A DNA stretch of 64,000 bases from Leptolyngbyaceae cyanobacterium (GCA_965263355.1 CBDHHL010000056.1:1248001-1312000), one strand, 5' to 3'. Positions 10,016 to 19,521 are shown, counted from the stretch's first letter. Program-made: numbers and translations. The notes: generated by a model not told the origin, from the sequence alone.

Positions 10016-10044
10016 TAATCCTGCAAGGGTAAGGATGCATTGTA

Positions 10045-10386
10045 GTGGTGCATAAAATACCAAATGACTCCGATATGCGAGTTACTAGTATCCGTTTTGA
10101 GAGAGAGCTTATCGATAAGCTGAAAACTCTGGCAGATAAACGCGGGTATCAATCACTCGTAAGAGACGTGCTGTGGGATTATGTGCGTCAGCATTCGGAT
10201 GATCCTGGTTCCCAAATACAGCGCCAGCAAATCAGAGTGATTATGGCAGCTGATGCTCAACGTCGTGAGCGTTGCGCTTTAACAGGCACCATTATTGAAC
10301 CTGAAGAGGAAATGTGGTTAGCATTGACAACAGATTATGAGTTGGTATCGTTAAACATTGATAGCTTGTTAAATGATCTTGATTAG
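10045..10386 (+). CDS. Ribbon-helix-helix-like DNA-binding protein
   Basis: VTSIRFERELIDKLKTLA…YQSLVRDVLWDYV fits the strand-helix-helix pattern. Confidence 0.65.
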   Translation: MVHKIPNDSDMRVTSIRFERELIDKLKTLADKRGYQSLVRDVLWDYVRQHSDDPGSQIQRQQIRVIMAADAQRRERCALTGTIIEPEEEMWLALTTDYELVSLNIDSLLNDLD

Positions 10387-10512
10387 TTGAAAAAGTTGTT
10401 CCAAAGGCTCTCGATATGTCTGCGTTTCGCAAAACTGAATTAGACTACTCACTCAAGCTTACTCAAGGGAACTCGGCAGAAGTTTTTGATTCCTAAAACG
10501 TATGAATTGAGA

Positions 10513-10561
10513 TCATCCAAACGGATGATTTTACAGAGACTAGTTTAGGCCATAGGGCAGA
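10513..10561 (+). promoter_or_regulatory. Paired 7-2-7 operator boxes
   Basis: TCATCCAAACGGATGA (10513-10528) and TAGGCCATAGGGCAGA (10546-10561); TAGTTT 19 bp after the second box. Confidence 0.7.
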
Positions 10562-10844
10562 TCCTTTCTGTAACTGAATGTAGTTTGATAAAGGTACCCA
10601 AACAAATTTAATACATTCAGCCAGAGGGAATATGATTAAAGCCAATCGCTTTGATCATTTAAAGTTACCTCGAATGGGAATATAACAATAGACTATTCCT
10701 CTCAGAAATAGAGTTCTGATAGTCTCATAAAGCTAGATTCACAGTCACGGGCTATTCTGGTGTGGAAGGATAGCCTTTTCCTTCACGTAATTATTCTAGG
10801 CTCAACTGGTGGTTTAACCTTACGCTTCTCAAAAAAGAGGTCAA

Positions 10845-11321
10845 ATGGAACTTTGGACTCAAATGGATACCAATGCTGTACCTCTCCATGAGTACTGTGC
10901 TACAGCTGATAAGTTATGTGTCGGTGTTGTGGGTTACTCGGACCAACAATTTAATGATAAGAATGCTTTATCAGTGCTTCAGCACTCGTTTGATTATCTT
11001 TGTCAGGCAACTAATATTGAAGTTGTATCTGGACTAACGCGCAAAGGTATCCCTGAGCTTGCTTATGAGGAGGCTGTTAAGCGAGGTTGGAGAACAGTGG
11101 GAATTGCATGTATCAAAGCGTTTGAATATCCTTGCTTTCCTGTTAATGAAAGAATCATTGTCGGTATTAATTGGGGTGATGAAAGCACCACTTTTCTTAA
11201 AATGATCGATGTTTTGATTCGCATCGGTGGAGGCAAGCAGTCTCATCATGAAGCTTACTTGGCAAGATTTCAAGGTAAGTATGTTATGGAATTTGACCTA
11301 CCGGCTTTGTTGTCGGCTTGA
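10845..11321 (+). CDS. SLOG-superfamily (DprA/LOG-like) nucleotide-binding protein
   Basis: VGVVGYS…VVSGLTRKGIPELAY…TVGI…DVLIRIGGGKQSHHE pattern. Confidence 0.6.
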   Translation: MELWTQMDTNAVPLHEYCATADKLCVGVVGYSDQQFNDKNALSVLQHSFDYLCQATNIEVVSGLTRKGIPELAYEEAVKRGWRTVGIACIKAFEYPCFPVNERIIVGINWGDESTTFLKMIDVLIRIGGGKQSHHEAYLARFQGKYVMEFDLPALLSA

Positions 11322-11443
11322 TACAAGTCCTTGGTGAATACTAAAAATTCCTCTTTTCTTTATTGAAGGAGCTGTACGCATCCATTACAGTCGCTTTAGC
11401 ATTGCTTGGATTACTGTTCGAAGATATGTGTTTTTGGTAAATA

Positions 11444-11491
11444 TCATCCTTTCGGACGATGGGATGCACAAAACTTTATCCGCAGGGTAGA
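11444..11491 (+). promoter_or_regulatory. Paired 7-2-7 operator boxes
   Basis: TCATCCTTTCGGACGA (11444-11459) and TTATCCGCAGGGTAGA (11476-11491); TATTGT 19 bp after the second box. Confidence 0.72.
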
Positions 11492-11551
11492 GGTAAATTT
11501 TGAAGGTCTGTATTGTAATAGTGTTAGACTCATTGGTGAGGTAGGTCAGCG

Positions 11552-11755
11552 ATGAATAGTTTTCCTTGTTGCTCAGCGTCCCTATTACAGCATGTGCGTG
11601 GTTGTGAAATTTATTGGTTCTGTCGCCAGTGCTATGCAGAAATGCCTAACTTGAGTGACTTTATGCGATCGCAAGCCCATACGTTTACTAATACCCACTT
11701 ACCTCAGCTGCAATTAGTCAAGAATCACGCTTTAGGGATAGCATACGTGGCTTAA
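11552..11755 (+). CDS. Small Cys-rich (zinc-ribbon-like) cyanobacterial protein
   Basis: PCCS…LLQHVR…YWFCRQC…EMP; GAGGT RBS. Confidence 0.7.
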   Translation: MNSFPCCSASLLQHVRGCEIYWFCRQCYAEMPNLSDFMRSQAHTFTNTHLPQLQLVKNHALGIAYVA

Positions 11756-11994
11756 TCCCATAATTACCTGACCCGTCCGGGTATTTCCCAAGCGAGTCGT
11801 TTCAAAGTTTATGCCTACGAGCTTCCCGCTTCTACATCCAGGAGCGGGATTTTCTTTAAGGAGGAGAAATATGGTTATTTCATACGCTCATCAGCTGATT
11901 TGAAGCTCATCACTTCTCTATGCAAGAACCATAACGTTGTTGATGTAGTCAAAAAATGGGCTCAGTCGCTATCTCATAGGAGAGCGTTTTGATA

Positions 11995-14073
11995 ATGGAA
12001 CAATTTTCTGTCTGGTTAACAGTGGATCCTATTGTGTCATTTACAATTCTGCTACTAGCCAGTTTAACGGTTCCACCTCTGGTAGAAAAACTACGATTGC
12101 CAGGGTTGGTTGGACTACTATTAGCCGGAATCATCTTGGGACCCCATGGTCTAGGTTGGCTCAAGGCTGAGAGCGAAACTGTGAAATTGCTTTCAGATAT
12201 TGGCAAAGTGTACCTGATGTTTGTGGCAGGCCTCGAAATTGATATGCAAGCCTTTCGCAAAACTCGAAATCGTTCACTAGCTTTTGGGCTATTGACCTTT
12301 GCCATCCCACTGATCACAGGAACAGCTCTGGGGTTAGGTCTGAATATGGGTTGGAATGCTGCTATTTTACTTGGCTCTTTGCTAGCATCCCATACATTGC
12401 TGGCCTATCCGCTATTACAACGATTAGGTGTTGTACATAATCAGGCCGTCACAATTACCATAGGAGCCACAATCTTTACAGATATTGGGGCATTGTTGGT
12501 ACTGGCTATTTGTGTCTCAATTTATCAAGGCTCATTTACCTGGTTCCGTTTACTAATTCAACTAGTAATCTTGGGACTTTACGCTGCATTAATCTTGATT
12601 GGCTTGGATCGTCTAGGTAAAACTTATTTCCGCCGCAGTGGTAATGATGAAGGAAACCAGTTCCTATTTATTTTACTCGCACTCTTTGTATCGTCTGTTG
12701 GCGCACAGGTGATCCAAACTGAAAATATTGTGGGTGCATTTTTAGCCGGTTTAGCCGTTAATGATGTACTGGGTAAAAGCACAGTTAAAGAGAAAGTTGA
12801 ATTTGTTGGGACTGTTCTATTCATTCCTTTTTTCTTTATAGCGATGGGGCTATTGATTAATGTACCTGTATTTATTAGAGTTCTTTTGACTGACACGACA
12901 ACTGTTGCTGCTGTGGTTGCAGGGCTGATTGGCAGCAAATTTATTGCCGCCTGGTGTATCAAACAACTTTACAGCTATTCTTGGGTCGAGACCTTCACCA
13001 TGTGGTCTCTCTCATTGCCCCAGGTAGCGGCTACCCTGGCAGCAGCGCTTGTAGGTTATCAAGTAGGGCTTTTGTCAGAGGCTGTTTTTAATAGCATCAT
13101 TGTACTGATGCTTGTCACGTCTACATTAGGACCCGTTTTAACCCACCGTTATGCCCGTCATTTGTCAGTTCCAGATCGGCCACTGCCATTTATGACGCTA
13201 CCTATTTCTCAATCTAGTCGAAAAGCTGGTCCAGTCTTACCTTCGTTTAATGTTGTCGTTCCAGTTTATAATCCGGAGACAGAAGCTTATCTAGTAGAAA
13301 TGGCTGGACGACTAGCACAGCAACAGCATGGAAAACTGTTCCCATTGGCTATTGCTCAGCCAGTAACATCTCTGCATGACCCAACATTTACTAAGATTCT
13401 TCAACAAACACATCGACTCTTAACGCAGGCTACTGATATTGGTCAGCGTTTAGGTGTTCCAACTCATTCCCTACTTCGAATAGATCGCGATATTGCTAAT
13501 GGTATTTGCCATCACAGTTGTGAACAATCAGCTCAACTGATCGTAATGGGCTATGGCGATATGACAACGCTACAAGCTCGTCTATTGGGCAGTACTGTAG
13601 GTCAAGTCTTTGACTATAGTACTGCACCGGTAGCGGTTATGAAGTTGCTCCAGTCTCCATTACAACTACAACGGGTTATCGTCCCTATTTGGGATATCCG
13701 TCCATATTTCAACGCTCAAATTAAATTTGCTCAACACGTTGCTGCTGCTACTCAGACCATAGTCACTGTGCTCTATATCTGTTCTCCTCAAGCAACGGCC
13801 TCAGAACAAATGCTCTATTCGCATCAGATTCGACGGGTTCTGAATAGACAATCTTCTACAACTGATAACTCATTACCTAAGATTAAAATCAAAGTCGTGC
13901 CTCATAATGATGTTTCCATGATTGTTCTTCGATTTACACAATTGAGGGATTTAGTGGTGTTACACGGTCGAGATTTAATACTAGTCCGAGAAATACCTAC
14001 CAGTGAGTGGGGGACAACCCTACTACAAAAACTGACTTGTTCAGTTGCTTTATTTAAGGAACCAACGCTGTGA
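11995..14073 (+). CDS. CPA2 cation:proton antiporter with C-terminal USP-like domains (NhaS5-like)
   Basis: Multi-TM N-terminus (LMFVAGLEID, TIFTDIGAL, GAFLAGL), then VVVPVYNP…LIVMG USP region. Confidence 0.9.
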   Translation: MEQFSVWLTVDPIVSFTILLLASLTVPPLVEKLRLPGLVGLLLAGIILGPHGLGWLKAESETVKLLSDIGKVYLMFVAGLEIDMQAFRKTRNRSLAFGLLTFAIPLITGTALGLGLNMGWNAAILLGSLLASHTLLAYPLLQRLGVVHNQAVTITIGATIFTDIGALLVLAICVSIYQGSFTWFRLLIQLVILGLYAALILIGLDRLGKTYFRRSGNDEGNQFLFILLALFVSSVGAQVIQTENIVGAFLAGLAVNDVLGKSTVKEKVEFVGTVLFIPFFFIAMGLLINVPVFIRVLLTDTTTVAAVVAGLIGSKFIAAWCIKQLYSYSWVETFTMWSLSLPQVAATLAAALVGYQVGLLSEAVFNSIIVLMLVTSTLGPVLTHRYARHLSVPDRPLPFMTLPISQSSRKAGPVLPSFNVVVPVYNPETEAYLVEMAGRLAQQQHGKLFPLAIAQPVTSLHDPTFTKILQQTHRLLTQATDIGQRLGVPTHSLLRIDRDIANGICHHSCEQSAQLIVMGYGDMTTLQARLLGSTVGQVFDYSTAPVAVMKLLQSPLQLQRVIVPIWDIRPYFNAQIKFAQHVAAATQTIVTVLYICSPQATASEQMLYSHQIRRVLNRQSSTTDNSLPKIKIKVVPHNDVSMIVLRFTQLRDLVVLHGRDLILVREIPTSEWGTTLLQKLTCSVALFKEPTL

Positions 14074-14173
14074 TGATATCAGTCAATCTAAAGGACGATA
14101 GCAGTTAGCGTTGGTTTCAAATTTCGCATCATCCGCTGCCCTTGTTCACGCAATTGTTTTGCGGTTATTCGCG

Positions 14174-14785
14174 TCAAATTTTGCTTGTCCACGTTCGTAA
14201 CCCCTGCATGATCATATCGATGGACACTGTTCCGACGTAAAGTGCAGTTACACGACCCACAATTTCGACATATCGCTGAATTAACTTCTCACGCGTCGAA
14301 CGGACATAGTCATAAAGTGTTTTCAGAAGAATCATCACGAAAACAGAGATTGACAAGGCAGCCATGATAGTGCCGCAAGCCGCAAGTGGTTGAAGTCTCT
14401 TACCTATAACTACACTTGCGCTTAACGTGCCAGGTCCAATGAGTACAGGCATCGCGATCGCCCCAGCAAGCTGTTCGGATTCGCCGCGTAAGATTTCAAT
14501 TGCTGTCGGCCCACGAAAAAAAAATTGGAGACCGATCAACAAGAAAATAATCCCACCGAATATTTGAAAGGATGCAAATTCGGCTTGTATGATGCTTGAA
14601 AAAATCGCATCACCAGCGAGGGCGAAACAATTGAAGACTAACGCCGCAATGATTGAGGCACGGATGAGGACCGAGCGGAATATCCTTGCTTCGACGGTTT
14701 GAATGACATCTAGAAGGTAGATAACCACGAGAAAAGGGTTAAGCAGGGCGAGCAATAATGAAATCGCTCGAATTACATCGGACAT
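14174..14785 (-). CDS. MarC-family membrane protein
   Basis: LLNPF, SFQIFGGIIF, AMPVLIGPGT motifs; about 6 TM segments. Confidence 0.88.
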   Translation of the reverse strand: MSDVIRAISLLLALLNPFLVVIYLLDVIQTVEARIFRSVLIRASIIAALVFNCFALAGDAIFSSIIQAEFASFQIFGGIIFLLIGLQFFFRGPTAIEILRGESEQLAGAIAMPVLIGPGTLSASVVIGKRLQPLAACGTIMAALSISVFVMILLKTLYDYVRSTREKLIQRYVEIVGRVTALYVGTVSIDMIMQGLRTWTSKI

Positions 14786-15224
14786 TTGAATTCAGCCAAA
14801 AGTTACGAAGTTCAACCGTCTCCAAGAACTTATAAATATTGTACCTGCAAGAATTGCAAGCCTTATTAAAACTCGTTACTATCTTGTCGGCTGTAATGAA
14901 GATTTAGGGTGTAACAACCAGTAAAAAATCTTAACATACAAGTACACTGCCGCCGCTACTCCCTAACTATATATTCAGCGTCAGATCAGACAGATAAGCT
15001 CCGTAATCCTGCAATCTTATCTGTCATTTTTGGATGATATGAGATTTCTCCAAAAGAAGATAAATCACTATAGTATCTCAAGTATTTTTGGTGGCTTTTT
15101 ATTCAGGCTCGCTACCCAGTAGGTTATCTTTATTCTCCTTAAGAACTTCCCATAGAGTACAAATCTTCCGATAGGCATCTTCTACAGAAAGCTTTCCACT
15201 TGTTTGTAGTGCACAGATAGTAAC

Positions 15225-15363
15225 GGGCACTGGTTCCGTGTAATGGGAAAAATGCCTGAAAGGCCTATAGAGTAACGATTTGAGCGATCTTCTCCCAGAT
15301 CGGCTGTATCCCTTGCATTACAAGCGTTTTGGCTGAATCATCCCATCAGGCGGAACCAGTCCC
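15225..15363. mobile_element. MITE (~139 bp, no ORF)
   Basis: Terminal inverted repeats ACTGGTTCCGTGTAATGGGA (15229-15248) and TCCCATCAGGCGGAACCAGT (15341-15360), 17/20 match. Confidence 0.7.
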
Positions 15364-15450
15364 TAGATTAAGACTGTTGAAAAAACACCTATGCCCTAAT
15401 AGAGTTTACTTGTGCTGTATGAAGGCATGAGTCGTTGTAAAAATGCATCT

Positions 15451-16443
15451 TTAAGGATATTGCCAGTATTCACTCTCTAAATGATTAATGATTTTTTCAG
15501 CAAAGGCTTCTCCGGTAAAAATTTCAGCATCCCAGAGCCCGCCGGTACTAAAAACATTAATTTCAATCAGCAGATTGTTCATAAAGTCGAGTCCTACTAG
15601 AAAAAGGCCATCTTGCACTAGTTTAGATCCTATGGCTGTTACGATTTTACGCATTTCATCAGTGATCGTAGCCGGTTGAGCTTGTCCACCAGCATGGGTA
15701 TTGCTGCGAAAATCACCCTTAGCTGGAACTCGTCGAATCGCACCAGCTTTGTCATTAATTTCGAGTATATTCCCGTCAAAAACAACAACACGGGTATCTC
15801 CAGCATCTGCGCCAGGTAGGCAACGTTGAACCATGACCAGTCCTTGACGCAGAATTACATCCATGATTTGATTCAGGTTTTTATCTTGTGCTGACGCTAC
15901 AAAGAAGACATCATTGCCACGAGTTCCTTGAAGTGGTTTTAGAACAACAGGATCATTCAGGCGGCGGATAAAGTCGATGATTTCAGCCCGGTTTTGGCTA
16001 ACCAACGTCTCTGGTCGAGTAAACGCAGGTAGCTCCAACAGGTATAGCTTGGTTGATGCGCGAATGAGACCATCGGGCTGGTTAATCACGCAAACTCCTT
16101 GATCTTGGCACTGACGGGCCAAAGCCAGAGCAGCATGGTGGGCAGCTGCATGATGCAGATCTCGCGCTGGATTGGTGCGAATAAACAGAATATCTGTTTC
16201 GGATAGGGATCTGCTGGTGGGTTGGGTTTTCGAGATATCTTTGACTAAAATCTCTAAATCCCTAATTTCATTGGTTAGGCATCGAACCTGAGCCCATGGT
16301 TGACCGTCTGGTTGACAAGATAAATACCTGACACCTGTGATACTCACTTGGTGTCCTCGATGGATGGCAGCGCTAATTAGTATAGCAGTAGTTTGATCAG
16401 GCTGTATGTCGGTTGGGTCGTTGACCAGAAATGTAATCTTCAT
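15451..16443 (-). CDS. Glutathione synthetase-like (GshB-type) ATP-grasp ligase
   Basis: FIRTNP, VLKPLQGTRGNDVF, GDTRV, DFRSNTHAGG, VGLDF, IEINVFSTGG. Confidence 0.85.
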   Translation of the reverse strand: MKITFLVNDPTDIQPDQTTAILISAAIHRGHQVSITGVRYLSCQPDGQPWAQVRCLTNEIRDLEILVKDISKTQPTSRSLSETDILFIRTNPARDLHHAAAHHAALALARQCQDQGVCVINQPDGLIRASTKLYLLELPAFTRPETLVSQNRAEIIDFIRRLNDPVVLKPLQGTRGNDVFFVASAQDKNLNQIMDVILRQGLVMVQRCLPGADAGDTRVVVFDGNILEINDKAGAIRRVPAKGDFRSNTHAGGQAQPATITDEMRKIVTAIGSKLVQDGLFLVGLDFMNNLLIEINVFSTGGLWDAEIFTGEAFAEKIINHLESEYWQYP

Positions 16444-16456
16444 TGAGGTGAGTACT

Positions 16457-17521
16457 TTAATGGACCGCTAAATGTTCCAGGGTTGGAGCCTCTGGATTCT
16501 TCTCTTCGATGCTCGTATGGAAGAAATGGTTATCGGGGGTTGCGATCGCACCCAAATTCAAAATTCTGGCTCCTGTTTGAGCCACTGGATTCACACTTTT
16601 ACCAATCACAATACCTCTGCTGGGGGCTCGATACTGGCCAATAACCTCTCCAAAAATATTACGCTGTTGAGCAATGACCTGATCCGCTTCAACCAATTCT
16701 GTAGGCTTTGGCAGTACCTCCAAGAGGCCGCCCTGATCCGCATATATCCAATCAGAGCTTTCACATAAAACTGGTGGTGGTCCTGCACTCACGGTACGGC
16801 GAGGCAGCATGCCAATCTCAGACATTACCCGCCGCACACCGCTGAGAGATGCCTTAATATGTCGTAGTTGAAATACCTGCGGATCACCAATTTCGACAGT
16901 AATTGCAGGAATTCCTAAATCCATCGCTGTTCCTCGCAAGGTACGATCCGACGGCTCATTGTGCAGAATGATCTGTGGTCTTTGCAAATACGCCATCTTG
17001 GCCGTTACTTCATTGGTCATGTCGGCCCGCACGTAAAGTGAATTGATATTGCCAAAGCTGGCTGTATGTAAATCAATCAAATACTCAAAGTTGCGAACAA
17101 TACGGTTAACAAAGCGATGGGCATAAATTTCAGCAATGCTTCCGTTCGACTTCCCCGGCATCACGCGGTTCATATCAGTGCGGTCGTCAAAGGTGCGCGC
17201 ATTGTTGAGATACGCAGGAACATTCACCACAATCACCCCAACAACAGTTCCCCGTAAGGCTTTTAGGTCTAAGGTTTCAAACAAACGGTGAATGACTGGA
17301 ATACCGTTAAGTTCATTACCATGCAGGGCTGCAGTTAGTCCAAGAATCGGACCTGGGTGTTTGCCTCGCCCCACCATAACTGGCAAGCGAAGCGTTCGCC
17401 CCAATCCATCATTAATCAGATCAACTAGTAACCTTGAGCAAGCAGCCTGAGGCCATTGCTCAAGATTCAATTCCTTCACAACATAGGCACCCGGAAAATC
17501 TAGAGACGGTCGGCTACTCAT
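16457..17521 (-). CDS. Succinylglutamate desuccinylase/aspartoacylase (M14-like Zn hydrolase)
   Basis: ALHGNELNG (HxxE), DMNRVMPG, IDLHT, ITVEIG, C-terminal barrel-sandwich; start at ATG 17521 with AAGGA RBS. Confidence 0.9.
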   Translation of the reverse strand: MSSRPSLDFPGAYVVKELNLEQWPQAACSRLLVDLINDGLGRTLRLPVMVGRGKHPGPILGLTAALHGNELNGIPVIHRLFETLDLKALRGTVVGVIVVNVPAYLNNARTFDDRTDMNRVMPGKSNGSIAEIYAHRFVNRIVRNFEYLIDLHTASFGNINSLYVRADMTNEVTAKMAYLQRPQIILHNEPSDRTLRGTAMDLGIPAITVEIGDPQVFQLRHIKASLSGVRRVMSEIGMLPRRTVSAGPPPVLCESSDWIYADQGGLLEVLPKPTELVEADQVIAQQRNIFGEVIGQYRAPSRGIVIGKSVNPVAQTGARILNLGAIATPDNHFFHTSIEEKNPEAPTLEHLAVH

Positions 17522-17595
17522 GGTTTCCTTACACCTACATATCTTGGACATCTGCGTTGGAGCAATCTGGATAACAGCATGCTTACAAATCAACA

Positions 17596-19038
17596 CTACT
17601 CATAAATATCTCTCACAAACGCCGGATCCGGATTGAGTGAGGCAAACAAACGTCGACGAAAAGTACCCTTTTGGGTAGTTAGTTTTTGCGCCATTTTATC
17701 AATGGCAATCACGGACAAAATCGTTTGTAGATAGCCCTCGATCAGATCGTCTAAACCAATGCCCAGTTGATTAAAATCCCGACTATCCATCAGCATTAGC
17801 CGTTTAGATTCACTACTCCATGAGCCATCCTCATTTTTAATCGACAAATTGGTACCCAACATATCCCATGAGGAACATATCTCATCCAGAATTGTTGTTA
17901 ATGGTTTACGAGCACGTCTTGCATAGATTGCAACTGGATAAGCGCCTGCTGGACCCATGCCAATCATCATGCGTAAATCGGCTACATAGATGGCCTGGTG
18001 ACGATCAGGTAATGTACCCAAATGATAGAATCGCCCCTGTTTAGTTTGAGAACTCCAGCCAGAATTACCCACAAGACTTTGAACAATAAAGCGATCAAAC
18101 TGAAAGTCCAGCTGCATAAACTCTTCGAGTTCATATTTGTTGGTTAATGTGTAAACCCCCTGTCCCGCATTGCTGTAAGGATCTTTAACCACTGCAATAC
18201 CTCCCATCCGTTCCACCCAAAGAGGCACTTCTTCTTTGGCTACATCCCAAATAGTTTCAGGCGTGCGAATCATTAACCCTGTGGATTCTAGTTCAGCATT
18301 ATAAAAATCATAAGCTTTGGCTGCCATCAATTTGTTGCGACCACCGCTCAAACAGACGAGCACAGGGTTTAAGATAGCTGTACGAGTTAGAACAGGAATT
18401 CTGCTCCAGGGACGCTGAGTTACATAGCGAAAGGCAGCTCGGATAGCCTCCCATTCTCCTGTAGGGGTAAGAATTTCCATAACTCCATCCACAAAGCGAA
18501 CGGGTAGTTGATGATCATCTTGGAAACAAGGTACCCACCAGACTGGTTCTCCGGCCACTTCAGCCAGCATTGCAGCATAACCAGACGTTTCCATCTCATT
18601 TTTATCGTATAGAACAGCCAGTCCTCCTTTGGGCAATCGTCGACGTTTCAGAATAGGCATAAATGTCTGCTCTAGCAGCATACGATAGCCACTCTGTTCT
18701 TGGGCATCATTGCCAAAGGGCATTGACTTTTGGCCTGAAGGGCAAGAGTTTGTCTCAATAATAATGATACGTCGTACACCATCATCTGTCGTTGCTGGAA
18801 ACAAATCTGCTCCACCCCATTGAAAGTATTTGGTAGTGTGTGCTAAAACATCACGAACAGCCTTCGGATCAACTTCTGGATGGAGATGGACATAGCGATC
18901 AGCAATACGATTATTTCCTAAACTCAGGAAATACTGCACCATAGGGTGAATCTGAGCATTGAGCACCCGTGGATAGAAGTGTTCAGGAGTATCGAAACTG
19001 GCGGGAAAAACCTGCTGCACAGATTTTATCTGTTTCAT
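17596..19038 (-). CDS. Uncharacterised circularly permuted ATP-grasp ligase
   Basis: N-terminal IIETNSCPSG (ExN..PSG), then NKL, VVKDPYSNAGQGV, FIVQ, DLR; AGGAGG RBS before ATG 19038. Confidence 0.7.
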   Translation of the reverse strand: MKQIKSVQQVFPASFDTPEHFYPRVLNAQIHPMVQYFLSLGNNRIADRYVHLHPEVDPKAVRDVLAHTTKYFQWGGADLFPATTDDGVRRIIIIETNSCPSGQKSMPFGNDAQEQSGYRMLLEQTFMPILKRRRLPKGGLAVLYDKNEMETSGYAAMLAEVAGEPVWWVPCFQDDHQLPVRFVDGVMEILTPTGEWEAIRAAFRYVTQRPWSRIPVLTRTAILNPVLVCLSGGRNKLMAAKAYDFYNAELESTGLMIRTPETIWDVAKEEVPLWVERMGGIAVVKDPYSNAGQGVYTLTNKYELEEFMQLDFQFDRFIVQSLVGNSGWSSQTKQGRFYHLGTLPDRHQAIYVADLRMMIGMGPAGAYPVAIYARRARKPLTTILDEICSSWDMLGTNLSIKNEDGSWSSESKRLMLMDSRDFNQLGIGLDDLIEGYLQTILSVIAIDKMAQKLTTQKGTFRRRLFASLNPDPAFVRDIYE

Positions 19039-19168
19039 AACAAGACCTCCTGCTACCAATGTGGTTATGAAAATTCATAGAAAAATAGGTGTTGACAAGA
19101 TCGGTCATCCTATTTCTAGAGATCCCGTCCCCCGGTCATCATTGAAATTGAGTTTGGCTTAGATCACC

Positions 19169-19217
19169 TCTACCAGATGGATGAAAAAAACGGCTCAAAA
19201 TTCACCCGTTCGGTTGA
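19169..19217 (-). promoter_or_regulatory. Paired 7-2-7 operator boxes facing the ligase operon
   Basis: Minus strand: TCAACCGAACGGGTGA (19202-19217), then TCATCCATCTGGTAGA (19169-19184), 33 bp apart. Confidence 0.7.
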
Positions 19218-19309
19218 TGGCAGTTTCAATAATGTGACCGTTTGGCTAATGAAAAATTTTGGAGAGCCTTCTTGTAGTCACACCCTTTTTGCATAAAGAA
19301 TTTTTCGCA

Positions 19310-19357
19310 TCCCTCTTAAGGATGATTTGACTTAACTAATTTTGTCCGGGGGATAGA
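19310..19357 (+). promoter_or_regulatory. Paired 7-2-7 operator boxes facing the sigma factor
   Basis: TCCCTCTTAAGGATGA (19310-19325) and TTGTCCGGGGGATAGA (19342-19357), 32 bp apart. Confidence 0.65.
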
Positions 19358-19521
19358 TGTAAATCCTCTATACATGAGTAACACTAGCCACACCATCACA
19401 TTCAGATTTATCACTAAGAACAAGTTCGTTAACAGCATTTTGGGTCAATACCGTTTTGATACTTTATTAGCAATTTAGATTTTCAAATCTTCCTATTGTA
19501 AGCAGCGGAGGTGCTTTTCAG

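Noticed and set aside
7252..11491. Recurring palindromes as a CRISPR array or REP family
   Set aside because: Copies are kilobases apart, short, degenerate and promoter-positioned; no spacers or cas genes
14981..15060. Additional regulon box pair upstream of marC (TGTCATTTTTGGATGA at 15022)
   Set aside because: Only one good half-site and no partner at 32-34 bp
15451..16443. Housekeeping gshB
   Set aside because: Divergent sequence in an accessory operon; substrate not established
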